NCBI GenBank assembly: GCA_000004695.1
Contig: CM000152.2
Location: forward strand, 4,928,001 to 4,992,000
Length of the DNA stretch: 64,000 nt
Source of the DNA: Dictyostelium discoideum
Lineage: Eukaryota
Direction of reading: 5' to 3'
Part shown: positions 50,870 to 62,976 of the stretch, one piece after another
Layout of the letters: every line of letters starts with the position of its first letter
Numbering within the stretch: position 1 is the stretch's first letter
Program-made: the position numbers and the translations under genes
The notes under the pieces: generated by a model
Told to the model about the DNA's origin: nothing
Seen by the model: only the letters and a program-made list of their open reading frames with translations
Databases searched by the model: none

Positions 50870-53800
50870 TTAATCTTTTGGTTGGAAGAGAAAATCATCT
50901 AAACCATCAGATTGTTGATTTGAAGTTTTAAATTGATCAAGGTCAACATAACATAAATCTTCAAATTCTTCATCAAAGTCAACAGGGATTTGATTCTTTT
51001 TTGGAGGTTTATTTGGTGTAGTTTTAGGTGATGAAGTTGTTGTTGTTGTTGTTGTTGTGGTGGTTGCTTTTTTTTTGGTTACTTTTGATGGAGATGGTTT
51101 TGTTGGGTTAGTTGTATCTTTATCTTTTGTTTTTTTTACAGTTGTTGATTTTGAAGAAGCAACAGTAGAAGCAGCAGCTTTTGAAGATTTTAAAGCAGCT
51201 GGTTTCTTTGAGGTTTTGGGTTTATTTTTTGATGACATCATTTCATCTTCAAAATTTGATCCATCATAAATTGCATCTGAAATATCATCTTCATCAATAC
51301 CATCTTCGTCATCATTATCATATTCATCATCTTCATCGTCATCAGAATTATCTAAATCGCTATTATCATCTTCTTCTCCACCACCACCACCACTACCATT
51401 CTTTAATTGAAGTTTTAATAATTTCTCTTCTTTTCTTCTTTGTTTATCATCATATTTTTTTTTTCTAATTTGATCTTGTTCCTCTACTTTTTTAATTAAT
51501 GAATCTATGAAATCATCTACACTTTGTTCACCATGTTCTAATTGACCAGCATCTTCAGCATTTAAAGATTGACCGTCTTCATCATCTAAAACTCTGCCCA
51601 ATAGAGTTTTCTTTGATTCCACTAATGACCAAATCATTTCATCCACTGTACCTAATGCTATTAAATATTGAACTAAAACCGAAGAGGTTTGACCATAACG
51701 ATGAGCTCTATCCTCTGCTTGAAATAAAACACCAGGTGTCCATGATAACTCTGCAAATATTACACAAGTGGCAGCGGTTAATGTCAAACCAGTACCAGCG
51801 GCAGTAATACTTAATACAGCCACCCTACAATTTGGATCATTTTGAAAATCATTAACATAGTCATTACGATTTTGAGCGGGTGTTGAACCATCGATTTTAA
51901 TAAATTCTAATTTCTTTTTATCAACCTTGATCTTACCTAACATATGAACTATACCATTGATCACTTCTTTATGATGTGCAAATATTAAAAACTTTTGATC
52001 AATTGGTGCATCAACTAACTTCTCCTTTAGAAATTGAGTGACCGCTGTCAATTTATATAAACCTGTATCACGAAGTAATTTAAAGAATAGACCTTGTCTT
52101 GAGTTTTTATTTTTGAATGAAGTTTTCATATCGGTATTTGGATCAAGATATACTTTTCTATGTTGATTAATCTCTACCAATGTTTTTTGAACTTCTTTTA
52201 ACTTTGTCTTATCCAATTTTACCAAAATTCTTTCTCTTCTCTTTTCGGGTAACTCTGTCATTACATCATCTTTTAAACGTCTAATCATAAATGTATTCAA
52301 GTAAAGATTTAACTCTTTCATATTGGAACAACCTGAAGTATTGAAACAGAATTTCTCTTGAAAGGCAGCACAATATCTGAATGCATAGTCCCTCCATTGC
52401 ATAAAGTATGGATTGATACAAGATATCTGAATGAATAGCTCCATTGGTCTGGATAATGCAGGTGTACCAGATAGTAGTATACAACGTTTTGATCTTTTCA
52501 ATACTTCAGCTGTTGATTTTGAACGTTGTGAATTAAATTGTTTGATATAATGACATTCATCAGCTATGACAACTTTAAAATTCTTTTGTAAAATTTGATC
52601 CTTCTTTTTAGTGACTAAATCATAACTAATGATATTGATCATACCATTTAAACCACATTTACCATTCATTACTAAATTTATTTCTGATGATTGAATTTTA
52701 TTTGGAAAAAACTTTTCAATTTGGTCTGCCCAAACTAAACGAAGTGATGATGGTGCTATAATTAATAATGGCCATTCCTCTTTATAATGATATGCAATTG
52801 AAATACCTTGTATAGTTTTACCTAAACCCATATCATCTGCAATTAAACATCTACCTCCTTTTTCAATACCAAATTCAATACCTTTAATTTGAAATGGTAA
52901 TAATGTTGATGGTAATTCTGAAAAGTTTATATTTAAATTTTTATTATTATTATTAAATGATGTATTAGTTGTTGCAGTATTTATGGTTGTAGTTGTAGTA
53001 GTTGTTGTTTTTTTATTACAAAACTGATTTACAATATGATTTGGTAAACAAATTATATTTAATTGTGATTGACGTAATGCTCTAAGTTTTGAAACTAATA
53101 ATGCGTGATGCTCAACATTAAATATCCACCAATTACCAATATCATATTCATCACAATAAGCATCTGGTATACTACTAAAGATATCTCTAAGTACTGTATT
53201 TTGTGGGTCCGCACATGAAAATTGCTCTGGTGTAATTAATTGAAATAATAATTCTTTTTTAATATTAAATTGAGTTTGCATAATTGCTAAAATATTTGAT
53301 TGTGTTGGTAAATTATTATTATTATTTTGGTTTTGATTTAAAAATGATTGTTGTTGTTGTTGTAATGGTTGTGGTTTTGCTAAAATTGATGGTATTGGTC
53401 GTTGTTGTTGTTGTTGATGTTGTTGTGCATTCTGTGATGGAACTAAATTATTTTGTGGTTTTTGAGGTAATGATGGCTGTAATGATGTTGATCTTTGAGG
53501 TATTGATGGTTGTAATGGTTTTTGAGGTAATGAAGGTCTCAATGGTGCTAAATGATTATTGCTCAGTATTGGTTTATTGGTATTAGTATTTATTGTTGAC
53601 TGTACAGATGGAGAGGGAATAGATGATGATGATGAAGGTGGTGGCGCTGTTGATATTGAACCACCATTAACAGTGGGTGAAGAAGAGGCAGCTGCCTTCA
53701 CTGGAAGTGATGGTCTCAATGTAAGACCACTATTCATATGTGTCGACACATTTTTTGGTGGTGATATATTTGTTAGAGGTAATGCTGTATTTTTATTATT

Positions 53801-53935
53801 TATATTATTATTTATATTATTATTTATATTATTATTGTTATTGTTATTGTTATTGTTGCTATTTATTATTTCTGTTGAAAAGTCTATATCAAAATCGAAA
53901 TCTTCAATGATAGTACTATTATTATTTGTTTCCAT
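50870..53935 (-). CDS. SMARCAL1-like SNF2-family annealing helicase (HARP domain plus ATPase). It is a single exon of 1021 aa.
   Basis: A HARP-like region lies upstream of the LLPFQIKGIEFGIEKGGRCLIADDMGLGKTIQGISIAYHYKEEWPLLIIAPSSLRLVWADQIEKFFP motif, followed by VIADECHYIKQFNSQRSK and ILLSGTPALSRPMELF motifs. The helicase C-domain has FAHHKEVINGI...KIDGSTPAQNRNDYVNDFQ...AVLSITAAGTGLTLTAATCVIFAELSWTPGVLFQAEDRAHRYGQTSSV. An acidic/basic tail follows. Confidence 0.85.
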   Translation of the reverse strand: METNNNSTIIEDFDFDIDFSTEIINSNNNNNNNNNNINNNINNNINNKNTALPLTNISPPKNVSTHMNSGLTLRPSLPVKAAASSSPTVNGGSISTAPPPSSSSSIPSPSVQSTINTNTNKPILSNNHLAPLRPSLPQKPLQPSIPQRSTSLQPSLPQKPQNNLVPSQNAQQHQQQQQRPIPSILAKPQPLQQQQQSFLNQNQNNNNNLPTQSNILAIMQTQFNIKKELLFQLITPEQFSCADPQNTVLRDIFSSIPDAYCDEYDIGNWWIFNVEHHALLVSKLRALRQSQLNIICLPNHIVNQFCNKKTTTTTTTTINTATTNTSFNNNNKNLNINFSELPSTLLPFQIKGIEFGIEKGGRCLIADDMGLGKTIQGISIAYHYKEEWPLLIIAPSSLRLVWADQIEKFFPNKIQSSEINLVMNGKCGLNGMINIISYDLVTKKKDQILQKNFKVVIADECHYIKQFNSQRSKSTAEVLKRSKRCILLSGTPALSRPMELFIQISCINPYFMQWRDYAFRYCAAFQEKFCFNTSGCSNMKELNLYLNTFMIRRLKDDVMTELPEKRRERILVKLDKTKLKEVQKTLVEINQHRKVYLDPNTDMKTSFKNKNSRQGLFFKLLRDTGLYKLTAVTQFLKEKLVDAPIDQKFLIFAHHKEVINGIVHMLGKIKVDKKKLEFIKIDGSTPAQNRNDYVNDFQNDPNCRVAVLSITAAGTGLTLTAATCVIFAELSWTPGVLFQAEDRAHRYGQTSSVLVQYLIALGTVDEMIWSLVESKKTLLGRVLDDEDGQSLNAEDAGQLEHGEQSVDDFIDSLIKKVEEQDQIRKKKYDDKQRRKEEKLLKLQLKNGSGGGGGEEDDNSDLDNSDDDEDDEYDNDDEDGIDEDDISDAIYDGSNFEDEMMSSKNKPKTSKKPAALKSSKAAASTVASSKSTTVKKTKDKDTTNPTKPSPSKVTKKKATTTTTTTTTTSSPKTTPNKPPKKNQIPVDFDEEFEDLCYVDLDQFKTSNQQSDGLDDFLFQPKD

Positions 53936-54224
53936 TTCATTTATTTGTAAAAAAAAGAATTCCTAAAAATTAAAAAAAAAGAACAAAAATAAAAATAAAA
54001 AATAAAAATAAAAAACTAAAAAAAAAAAAAATAAAATAAAATAAAAAGGATTATGTTTCTAAGAAAGGGGAAAAATAAAAAAAAAAAATAAAAAAAAAAA
54101 AAAATAAAAAATTCAATTATTTTTTATTTTTTTGGGAAGTTGAAAAAAAAAAAAAATTCAATTCAATTCATTTAGAGTTGTGTCTACAAACAAGCATTTA
54201 TATACATATATATATATAACAACA

Positions 54225-55345
54225 ATGGGTTTTGGTCAAGTAGTAATTGGACCACCAGGTTCAGGTATTATATACACATTTTTATTCATTATTAAAAGGG
54301 AAGCAAGAAATAATAATAATATTAATAATATTAATACAATTATTATATTCAAATACATATTTATATAGGTAAAACAGTTTATTGTAATGGTATGTCACAA
54401 TTTTTACAATCTATTGGTAGAAAAGTATCAATTATAAATTTAGATCCATCAAATGAGAATATACCATATGAACCAGCAGTAAATATACAAGAATTAATTG
54501 ATTTTCAAACAGTAGTGAATGAAACCGACCTAGGACCAAATGGTGGGTTAATTTTTTGTATGGAATATTTAGAAAAGAATTTAGATTGGTTAAAAGAAAA
54601 ATTATTACCACTAAAAGATCATTATATAATATTTGATTGTCCTGGTCAAGTTGAATTATATACACATTATAAAATTATATCAAACATTTTAGATAATATT
54701 ATGAAATGGTCATTTAGAGTAAGTTAAAAACAATAAATAAATAAATAAATAAATAAAAAGCATATTAATATTTTAATATTTTAATAGTTAACAGTTATTC
54801 AAGTTTTTGATTCATTTTATTGTAAAAATCCAAGTAATTTTATATCAATTTTATTAGTGTCATTATCTGGTATGGTTAGAATTGAATTACCACATATTAA
54901 TGTATTATCAAAGATGGATTTAATTGAACAAAATGGACCATTAGATTTTAATTTAGATTTTTATACAGATGTATTGGATTTGAAATATTTAGATGCATTC
55001 CTTGATAAAGATCCACGTTTAAAAAAGTATAGTAAATTGAATAAAGCGATTGCAGGTGTTATAGAAGATTTTAGTTTGGTTAGTTTCATACCATTGAATA
55101 TAATGGACAAGAAATCTGTTGCAAACCTAATTGCATCAATTGATAAAAGTAATGGTTATATATATGGTTCACTCGATACAAATACTGCCATTTTAGAGAT
55201 TCAAGAAAGAGAAACTCAATGGAATTTCGATAAATATCAAGAAACTCAAGAGAAATATTATAAATCATACGAAGATGATGATGTTATCTTTGAAAATGAT
55301 CAAGATGAAGATTATGATGAATTTAGTAAATATTTAAATAGATAA
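54225..55345 (+). CDS. gpn2: GPN-loop GTPase 2 (GPN2/XAB1 family). Three exons: join(54225..54261, 54368..54718, 54787..55345). There is an apparent +1 frame inconsistency inside exon 3 near 54837..54841.
   Basis: Exon 1 reads MGFGQVVIGPPGS(G), with a GTATTA donor. Exon 2 reads GKTVYCNGMSQFLQSIGRKVSIINLDPSNE...GPNGGLIFCMEYLEKNLDWL...FDCPGQVELYTHY...MKWSFR, with GTAAGT at 54719. Exon 3 reads LTVIQVFDSFYCKNPSNF in one frame and then ISILLVSLSGMVRIELPHINVLSKMDLIE...SLVSFIPLNIMDK in the +1 frame. Both pieces match GPN2 ([50 protein letters not shown]). Confidence 0.75.
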
Positions 55346-55429
55346 ATAAATAATAATAAAATAATAATAATAATAAAAACTGGTTGTTGTTGTTGTTGTT
55401 GTTGTTATTTATATATATTTTATTTTATT

Positions 55430-56948
55430 TTATTTACGTTTTGATTCAATTTCTTGAATGAATTTTGTTGCAATATCAGTTGCTTCTTTAACGGATTTTG
55501 CTTCAGCAATTACACGAATGATATGTTCAGTATTTGATTTACGTAAATGAACCCACCAATCTTGAGAATCAATTTTAAGACCATCCTCTTGATTGATGAC
55601 AACACCTGGTTTATTGATGAATTGAGAGGTGTATTCAGCCAAGATTGAATCTGGATCTAAACCTTCAATGCCTGCTTTTAATTTAACAATTTCATAAGTT
55701 GGTAAGGTTTCTTTTAATTTACTAATACTTGGTGCTTGAGAATAACGATTTGCCATCAATTGTAATGCTAATGTTGCGGCGACAGGTGCATCTCTACCAA
55801 TGTGAATATCTGGTAGCATTACACCACCATTGCCTTCACCACCGATAACAGCATTCACTTGCTGCATCTTTTTAGCTACTTGAATCTCACCAACTGGTGC
55901 ACAAATTACTTGACTTTCATATTTCTTACAAATATCATCGATTGCACGAGAGGAGGAAAGGTTCTTACAAACGTTGCCCCTACGACCACAGTCGCCCAAT
56001 ACCAACTCGACAGCCATGGCGAGGGTGTACTCCTCGCCCAACGGCTTGCCGTGCTCGTCGATGAATACGCAACGGTCGACGTCGGGGTCTACGGCAATGC
56101 CAAAATCAGCTTTATACTTTACAACCATTTCACAGAGTTGGCCCAAATTGGATGGCACAGGTTCTGGTGTGTGGGCGAATAAACCAGTGGTTTCTAAATT
56201 GATGCCAATCACTTCACAATTTAATTGAGTTAACAAGTATGACATTATTGGACCACCTGCACCATTGACAGAATCTAAACAAACCTTAAATCTTCTCTCT
56301 CTAATCTTTGAAATATCCAAGAATGCTAATGAAAGAATTGCACCAACATGTTGTTGATTTGCATCTACACATTTCTCTATTTTACCCAGCTGATCATATC
56401 CACTAAATTTAAATTCCTCTGGTTTATCTGCCATTGAAAATAAAATTTCACATTCTTTTGGTGCTATAAATAATCCATCTGGTCCAATAAATTTCAACCC
56501 ATTCCATTCAATTGGATTATGACTACTAGTTATAACAATACCACCTGATGATTTTGTTTTTTCAACCATATATTGCACCTATATTTTCATATTAAAAAAA
56601 AAATAAAAAAAAAACAATTAATTTATTAATTATTATTATTATTATTATTTTATTTTTATTTTTTATTATTATCATTTTTATAAATACAGTTGGAGTTGAA
56701 GCAATATCAATATGAATAACTTGATAACCTCTTGAAATTAATGAACCATTTGTAATCATTTCAAACCAAGGTCCTGAAACTCTTGAATCACGTCCAACTA
56801 CAATTTTTTTTTGATTTTGATTATAATGACTTGATTCTAATAATTGAGTGAATGCTATGATATGATTTGCAACCAATGTTGGAGTCCATGATTGATCGGC
56901 TCCAACTACACCTCTAACTCCTGAAATACTACGAATCATATGACTCAT
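55430..56948 (-). CDS. Alpha-D-phosphohexomutase (phosphoglucomutase/phosphomannomutase/GlmM-type, bacterial-like). Two exons: join(56948..about 56682, about 56579..55430).
   Basis: The N-terminus is MSHMIRSISGVRGVVGAD. The active-site Ser loop is GGIVITSSHNP. The metal loop is GIAVDPDVDRCVFIDEHG, and the sugar-binding GGEGNGG is present. Exon 1 ends ...IDIASTPT with a GTATTT donor. The acceptor atatag precedes GTGCAATATATGGTT (VQYMVEKTK...). Confidence 0.7.
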
Positions 56949-57124
56949 TTGGTTTTATATATATATATATATTTAATTAATTATAGTTGTTATTATAAAA
57001 AATAAAATAATAAAATAAAAATAAAAAAAAATAAAAAAATGAAAAAAAAAAAAAAAAAAAATAATGTGTGAACTAAATTTAATTTAATTTTGGATTAAAA
57101 AAATAAAATTAAAAAAAAAAAATA

Positions 57125-57340
57125 AAAAAAAAATGAAAATCAGCATCATCAGCATCATCACCATCATTCATGTTATATTTTCGTGTTGTTTATACTATTT
57201 TTAGATATAATAAAAAAATAGAATATAAAAAAAAAAAAAAATGAAAATAATCATCATCATTCTCCGCCCCAAAAAATTCATATTATTTTTTCATATTGTT
57301 TATACTATTTTTAAGATATAATAAAAAATAAAAAATCTAA
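57125..57340. repeat. Duplicated promoter-region motif. Two imperfect copies of about 100 bp lie in the divergent promoter between the phosphohexomutase gene (-) and the 2H phosphoesterase gene (+).
   Basis: Copy 1 reads ATGAAAATCAGCATCATCAGCATCATCACCATCATTCATGTTATATTTTCGTGTTGTTTATACTATTTTTAGATATAATAAAAAAATAGAATATAAAAAAAAAAAAAA. Copy 2 reads ATGAAAATAATCATCATCATTCTCCGCCCCAAAAAATTCATATTATTTTTTCATATTGTTTATACTATTTTTAAGATATAATAAAAAATAAAAAATCTAA. Confidence 0.7.
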
Positions 57341-57413
57341 ATGAAAAAAAAAATAAAAATGTAAAAAATAAAAAAAAAAATCTAGTTTGAATAAAAGAAA
57401 AAATCAATCCTTA

Positions 57414-57450
<37 letters not shown>

Positions 57451-57477
57451 GATAATTACAAAATTTTGTTAATTTTA

Positions 57478-57512
<35 letters not shown>

Positions 57513-57633
57513 ATTCCACCCAACAACCACTTACATTTACATTATAAAAAGCAATTTTTATTTTTTTTTATAATATTTTCAATCAAAAATAAATATTTAT
57601 TCTATTTTTAAATAACCTAAAAAATAAAAAAAA

Positions 57634-58451
57634 TGCAAAACCAAGAACCTTTAAGTAAAGATTTTAAAAGCGCAATTGTTATTTCCCCACCAATTGAGCT
57701 TTCAATTCAAATTCAAGAATTTAGAAAAAAATATGATAAAGCATTCGTAAGATGGATGCCACATATAAATTTGTAAATATAATTTAGTATAATACTAAAT
57801 ATATTTTAATTATTTACAACTTGGGGAAAAAAATAAAATATATTAATATACTTTTTTTTTTTTATTATTTATTTTTTATATACTTTTTATGGGTGTGTTG
57901 GTGTGTGATAAATGAAAATTAGAATTTTTCCATTTGTAAAAATATATGATTTTAATTCAGTATATGAATTATTAAGAAAAGAATTGGCAGATTTCCCAGC
58001 ATTTAAATTAGTTTTTAAAGAAGTTTCATTCTTTCAACATGGTAGTAATTATGTTGTTTGGTTAAAACCAGAAACACCCGAAGATCCAACAATAATTAAT
58101 CGTCTCCAAGCTAAATTAGAGTCATTACTCCCTGGATTTAATGAATTAAGTAATAAATCACCTAGCGGATTTCAACCTCATTTAACTCTTGGTCAATTTA
58201 ATGGAGTAGGTTTCATATACATAAAAATATATTTTTAATTTTTATTATAAAAAACAAAAAAGATTTAAATTTTAACCTGATTATTAATTATAATAATAAA
58301 ATTAGAAAAGAGAAGCAGAACAAAAGATAGCTAGTATACAAGCAGAGTTACAACCAATAGAATTTGAAGTTTCAGAGATATATATGATTAATAGGAATGG
58401 GGAAGTTCCATTTTCCATTGAAAATACAATAAAGTTATCAAGAAAAATTTA
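57634..58451 (+). CDS. 2H phosphoesterase superfamily protein (LigT / cyclic-phosphodiesterase-like, with two H-x-T/S-x motifs). Three exons: join(57634..about 57774, about 57928..about 58217, about 58305..58451).
   Basis: Exon 1 reads MQNQEPLSKDFKSAIVISPPIELSIQIQEFRKKYDKAFVRWMPHINL and carries the first H-x-(T/N)-L motif, with a GTAAAT donor. Exon 2 reads IFPFVKIYDF...GFQPHLTLGQFNG and carries the second motif (HLTL), with a GTAGGT donor. Exon 3 reads KREAEQKIASIQAELQPIEFEVSEIYMINRNGEVPFSIENTIKLSRKI*. Phases are consistent. Confidence 0.5.
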
Positions 58452-60847
58452 ATTAATTTAATTAATTCTTAAAAAAAAAAAAAAAAAAAAAAAAAACATA
58501 TGAAATAATAATAAATAAATAATAAATATATAAAATAAAATAAAATAAAATAAAAATAAAAATGGATGTAATAAGAAAAAAAAAAAAAAAAAAAAATATT
58601 TAATTACTTTTTTTAATTAGATCGGTCATTATGATAAAAAAAACAGTAAAAATTTTTTAAATTTATAGGATATTTGTAGTTTAAATATTGGGGTAAATTG
58701 TGATCAAAAATTAGATACAAAATATCAAAAAAAATCTTCTTTTGTGATATAACAAAATGAAGGACAAGAAATAAAGAAGAAACAATATTTCCATTTTCCA
58801 AAAAAAAAAAAGAAAAAATAATCAATAATAATAATAATAATAAAACTGTAATTAATATGACAATACTTGTAAAACTTTTAAAAAAATAATAGGGTTAATC
58901 TTTAATAAATCTATTAATTTTTTGTCCCAATATCAAAGATTTTATCAAAAATAATTATTAAGATTGTTGGTGATTAAAAAAAAAAAGCAAACAAACCTTT
59001 TATGTATAAAAAGTAATTATAAACCCCATGATTCTAGAGGGTAATTAAAAATAGTGTAAACTCTTTAAAAAAAATAAGAAGAATTTGGCTATTTATTACT
59101 GTAAATAGATTTTGTCAAAAATTAAAATCATTTTAGAAATTTTAAAAGATTAAAAAAAACCAATCACCATTCTCCAGATTTGGGGAAAATATAATATTTA
59201 CACTGTAGATCAATTTAAGATTATTATTAAATTAAATTGTGTTGTTAAGTATATTTTATCACCAATATATACATGTATGTGTCACTCTCTTTATTTTTCA
59301 ATCTAACATACACACACTTAAAAATAATAATAAAATATTAATTATGTACATTCACCACACACAAAGACACTCAAAATCTATCCACACACACACGGTTATA
59401 AGTTATAAAGATTAAAAAAATTTTATATCTACATAATAATTGAATTATATTATAATTTTTATTGTTAATTACTTTTTGTTATTTTTTATTAATATCATTA
59501 ACAAACAACACTTTAAAAAAACTTTAATTATCTTTTGTTGATGCCGTTGTTGTTTTTATTTTTTCAATGTGGTGAGTGGGGGTTTTTTAATGTAGTAAAA
59601 TTAATTTTTTTATTAACTGGTGGTAATTATAGTAGTAGTGTAATATGATAACATAGTTTCGATAGATTAAAAAAAAATAATATAATTTTTTATAAATAGT
59701 TTATAATAAAAAAAATAAAATAACACACAACAACAACCACAACAACAACAACAAAAACAACAAAACAATAACAAAAACAACAATATCAAAACAATAATAA
59801 TAATATTATTATTAAAATAATTTTAAAATAACAATATACCCAATAATTATATTAATAATAACAACAAAACAAAACAATAACAACTACAATATTAATAACA
59901 ACTAAAATGAATGTATAATTATGATAATAATAAAAAATAAAAGAGATTCATTATCAAACACCCCCGCACATACACACACACACACTACAATAAAATAATA
60001 AAACCAACACACAAAGTGATAAAATTGATGAAAATAAATGTGGTTACTTGTGTGAGAATAAAAAAAATATTTTTAGTGAGCTTGTGGGCGTTGGTTTACA
60101 ATGTGTTTACTTAATATTATTATTATTATTATTATTTGGAGCTAAAATTTCCTTTTCTTTTTTATTATTATTATTATTATTTATTTTTTTTGAGAAGAAC
60201 AATTTTGAAAATCTAACAAATTAAATTGAACTTTAAAATTAAACATATTAAAATATCATTCTCGATTTTATTTTTTTTTTAATTTTTTTTTTTTTTTAAA
60301 TATTCATTATTTTATTTATTTTTTTTATTTTTTGTTGTTTTAAATTATTAATTTTAAAAATAAATAAATAAGAAACAATAGGTTTATTAATACTTAATTA
60401 TTTATCTTCAATTAGTAGTAACTAGTAACACACTCAAATAAACACATTCATCAATAAAATAATTACGCAAATATAATTATTTTAATCTGGAAAAAAAATA
60501 AAAAAAAATAATAGAAATTCCTGATGTGTGAGTACCTTTAATTATTTACATTTAAAAAATGTAAATAATTAATAAAAGATTAAAACAATTAAATTGGTTT
60601 TTTTATTTTTATTTTTTTTTTTTTTTTTAATATTTATTATTTTTAAAATATTTTTTTTTTTTTTTTTTTTTCCATCATTATAATTATAAATCATTAAATA
60701 TATTTGTGCCTTTAAAAAAAAAATTGATCAATTTTAATAGATAAATTTAACTATTTCTTTTGATGAAATTACAAAAATAATAATAATTTAAAAAAAATTA
60801 AATAACATTGTTGATTGGTATATTCGAATTTATAATATTTTTGAAAA

Positions 60848-60878
<31 letters not shown>

Positions 60879-61067
60879 TTATTTTCTTGATTTTTAAAAA
60901 AAATAAAATTAAGAAATTATAATTTCTATAAATTTTTTTTAATTTTTTATTTAATAATTTATAAAGAATATATCTTTTTTATAGTTTCTATAATTTTTTT
61001 TAAATTTTTTAATTTTTTTTTATATAATAATTTATAAAGAGTATATCTTTTTTTTTTTTTAAGTCTG

Positions 61068-61099
<32 letters not shown>

Positions 61100-61457
61100 A
61101 AATTTTTTAATTCCAAAATTAGGCCAAAGGGAATATTTAGTTAAAGTTTAATTCAATTGTTTGTATTCAAAAAAAATGTTTTTATTCATTTTTCACAATT
61201 TTTTTATTTATTTTTAATATTATTATAATTATCATTAAAAATATTTTTATAATTGTTGTGTAATTTTTTATTTATAAAATATAACAAATAATATAAATAT
61301 TTTCTAACAAATAAAATAAAAAACGTTTTTAAAGTAACACAACTTTTTGTTTGTTATATTTAAAATGTGTGCAAATACATAAAAACAAATTTTGTATGAT
61401 ATTATTAAATTCAAAGAAAATCCCGTTGGCTTTTCTCTCTTTTTCATTTCATTTTTT

Positions 61458-61496
<39 letters not shown>

Positions 61497-61625
61497 GCAT
61501 CAATATATATTGTTTTCAAAATCAACCAACTTTTTTTTTAAAAAAAAGAGAACTATTGATTCACCTTTTCATTTTCTGACAAAGAGTCATCATTCCAATC
61601 AAACATTTTTTTTATTAGATATCTA

Positions 61626-61662
<37 letters not shown>

Positions 61663-62078
61663 TATTTGTTTTTTTAACCACACAATTTTGAAAATAATTT
61701 ATTCTTTCCACCACATCATCTTAACACTATACTTAATAATAACCCATTAAATAAATTTCATTATCAATAAATTTCTTCAGTTGGCCTTTTTTTATTATTT
61801 ATTTTTTAAATTAAAAAAAAAATAATAAAAATAATAATAATAATAATAATAATAATTAAAATTAGAAAATAAAAATAAAAATAAAAAAATATTACATTAC
61901 TTCTAAATATATACTTTTTCAAGAGTATGTCAGTTAAGATGTATGTATATGATAGGTATGGTTATGTATAATTTTTTTATTGATGGAACCAATCAAAAAA
62001 AACTAATAATATAATTTGCTCCCTTTATATTTTAAAGAGAGATCATTACCTTTTGAAAAAAGTAAGAGTTTTAAAATT

Positions 62079-62111
<33 letters not shown>

Positions 62112-62422
62112 GGAAAATAAAATTAATAAAAATAATAAAAATAGTTTTAAAAACGAATGAATTTTATATAAATAACTCTTAATTATTTTTTTATTAAAAA
62201 AAAAAAAAAAAAAAGTAAAAATTTAATTTAGAAACCATTTTTTTTTTATTTTTTATTTTTTTTTTGTTTTAAAAAACATACATACATTTTGTGATATTTT
62301 TGCAACAAAAATTAATTTTAAATTTTAAATTCTCAAAAATTTCAATAAAATTATTTGGGTTCCTAAATTTAAATAATTAAACAAAAAATTTTTTATTAAA
62401 CTTGCATCTCATATTGGTTTTN

Positions 62423-62521
62423 NNNNNNNNNNNNNNNNNNNNNNNNNNNNNNNNNNNNNNNNNNNNNNNNNNNNNNNNNNNNNNNNNNNNNNNNNNNNNN
62501 NNNNNNNNNNNNNNNNNNNNN
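62423..62521. other. Assembly gap of 99 N.
   Basis: A run of n characters is present. Confidence 1.
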
Positions 62522-62728
62522 TTTTTCAAAAAAAAAAAAAAATACTATCTCACTTACAGATTTAAAAAAAAAAAAAATTATTTTGTTTTTTTATTTTTTT
62601 CTTTTTTTCTTTTTTTATTTTTTTATTTTTATTTTTGTTTTTTATTTTGATTTTTTATTTTTTTTTTTTTTTTATTTTTTATTTAAATTAATTAATTTTC
62701 AACATAAAAAAAATATCCCCTCCTCAAA

Positions 62729-62766
<38 letters not shown>

Positions 62767-62914
62767 ATAAAAAAAAAATTAAAGTTCTCGAGCGCTAAAA
62801 AAAAAAAAACCACTTATCGATAGTGTTAACAATTATATAAATATTTTTTTAATAATAAATAAAAATAAAAAATAAAAATAAAATAAAATAAAAAAAAACA
62901 AAACCTAATAAAAT

Positions 62915-62953
<39 letters not shown>

Positions 62954-62976
62954 CTCGATGTGTTGGTACTCAAAGA

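Noticed and set aside
51057-53966. Plus-strand ORFs 51057..51269, 51181..51468, 53284..53586 and 53559..53966.
   Set aside because: They are antisense to the SMARCAL1-like gene and lie in low-complexity repeat-derived frames.
55859-56228. Plus-strand ORFs inside the phosphohexomutase gene.
   Set aside because: They are antisense shadows in the unusually GC-richer stretch 55980..56110, which encodes DRCVFIDEHGKPLGEEYTLAMAVELVLGDCGRRG.
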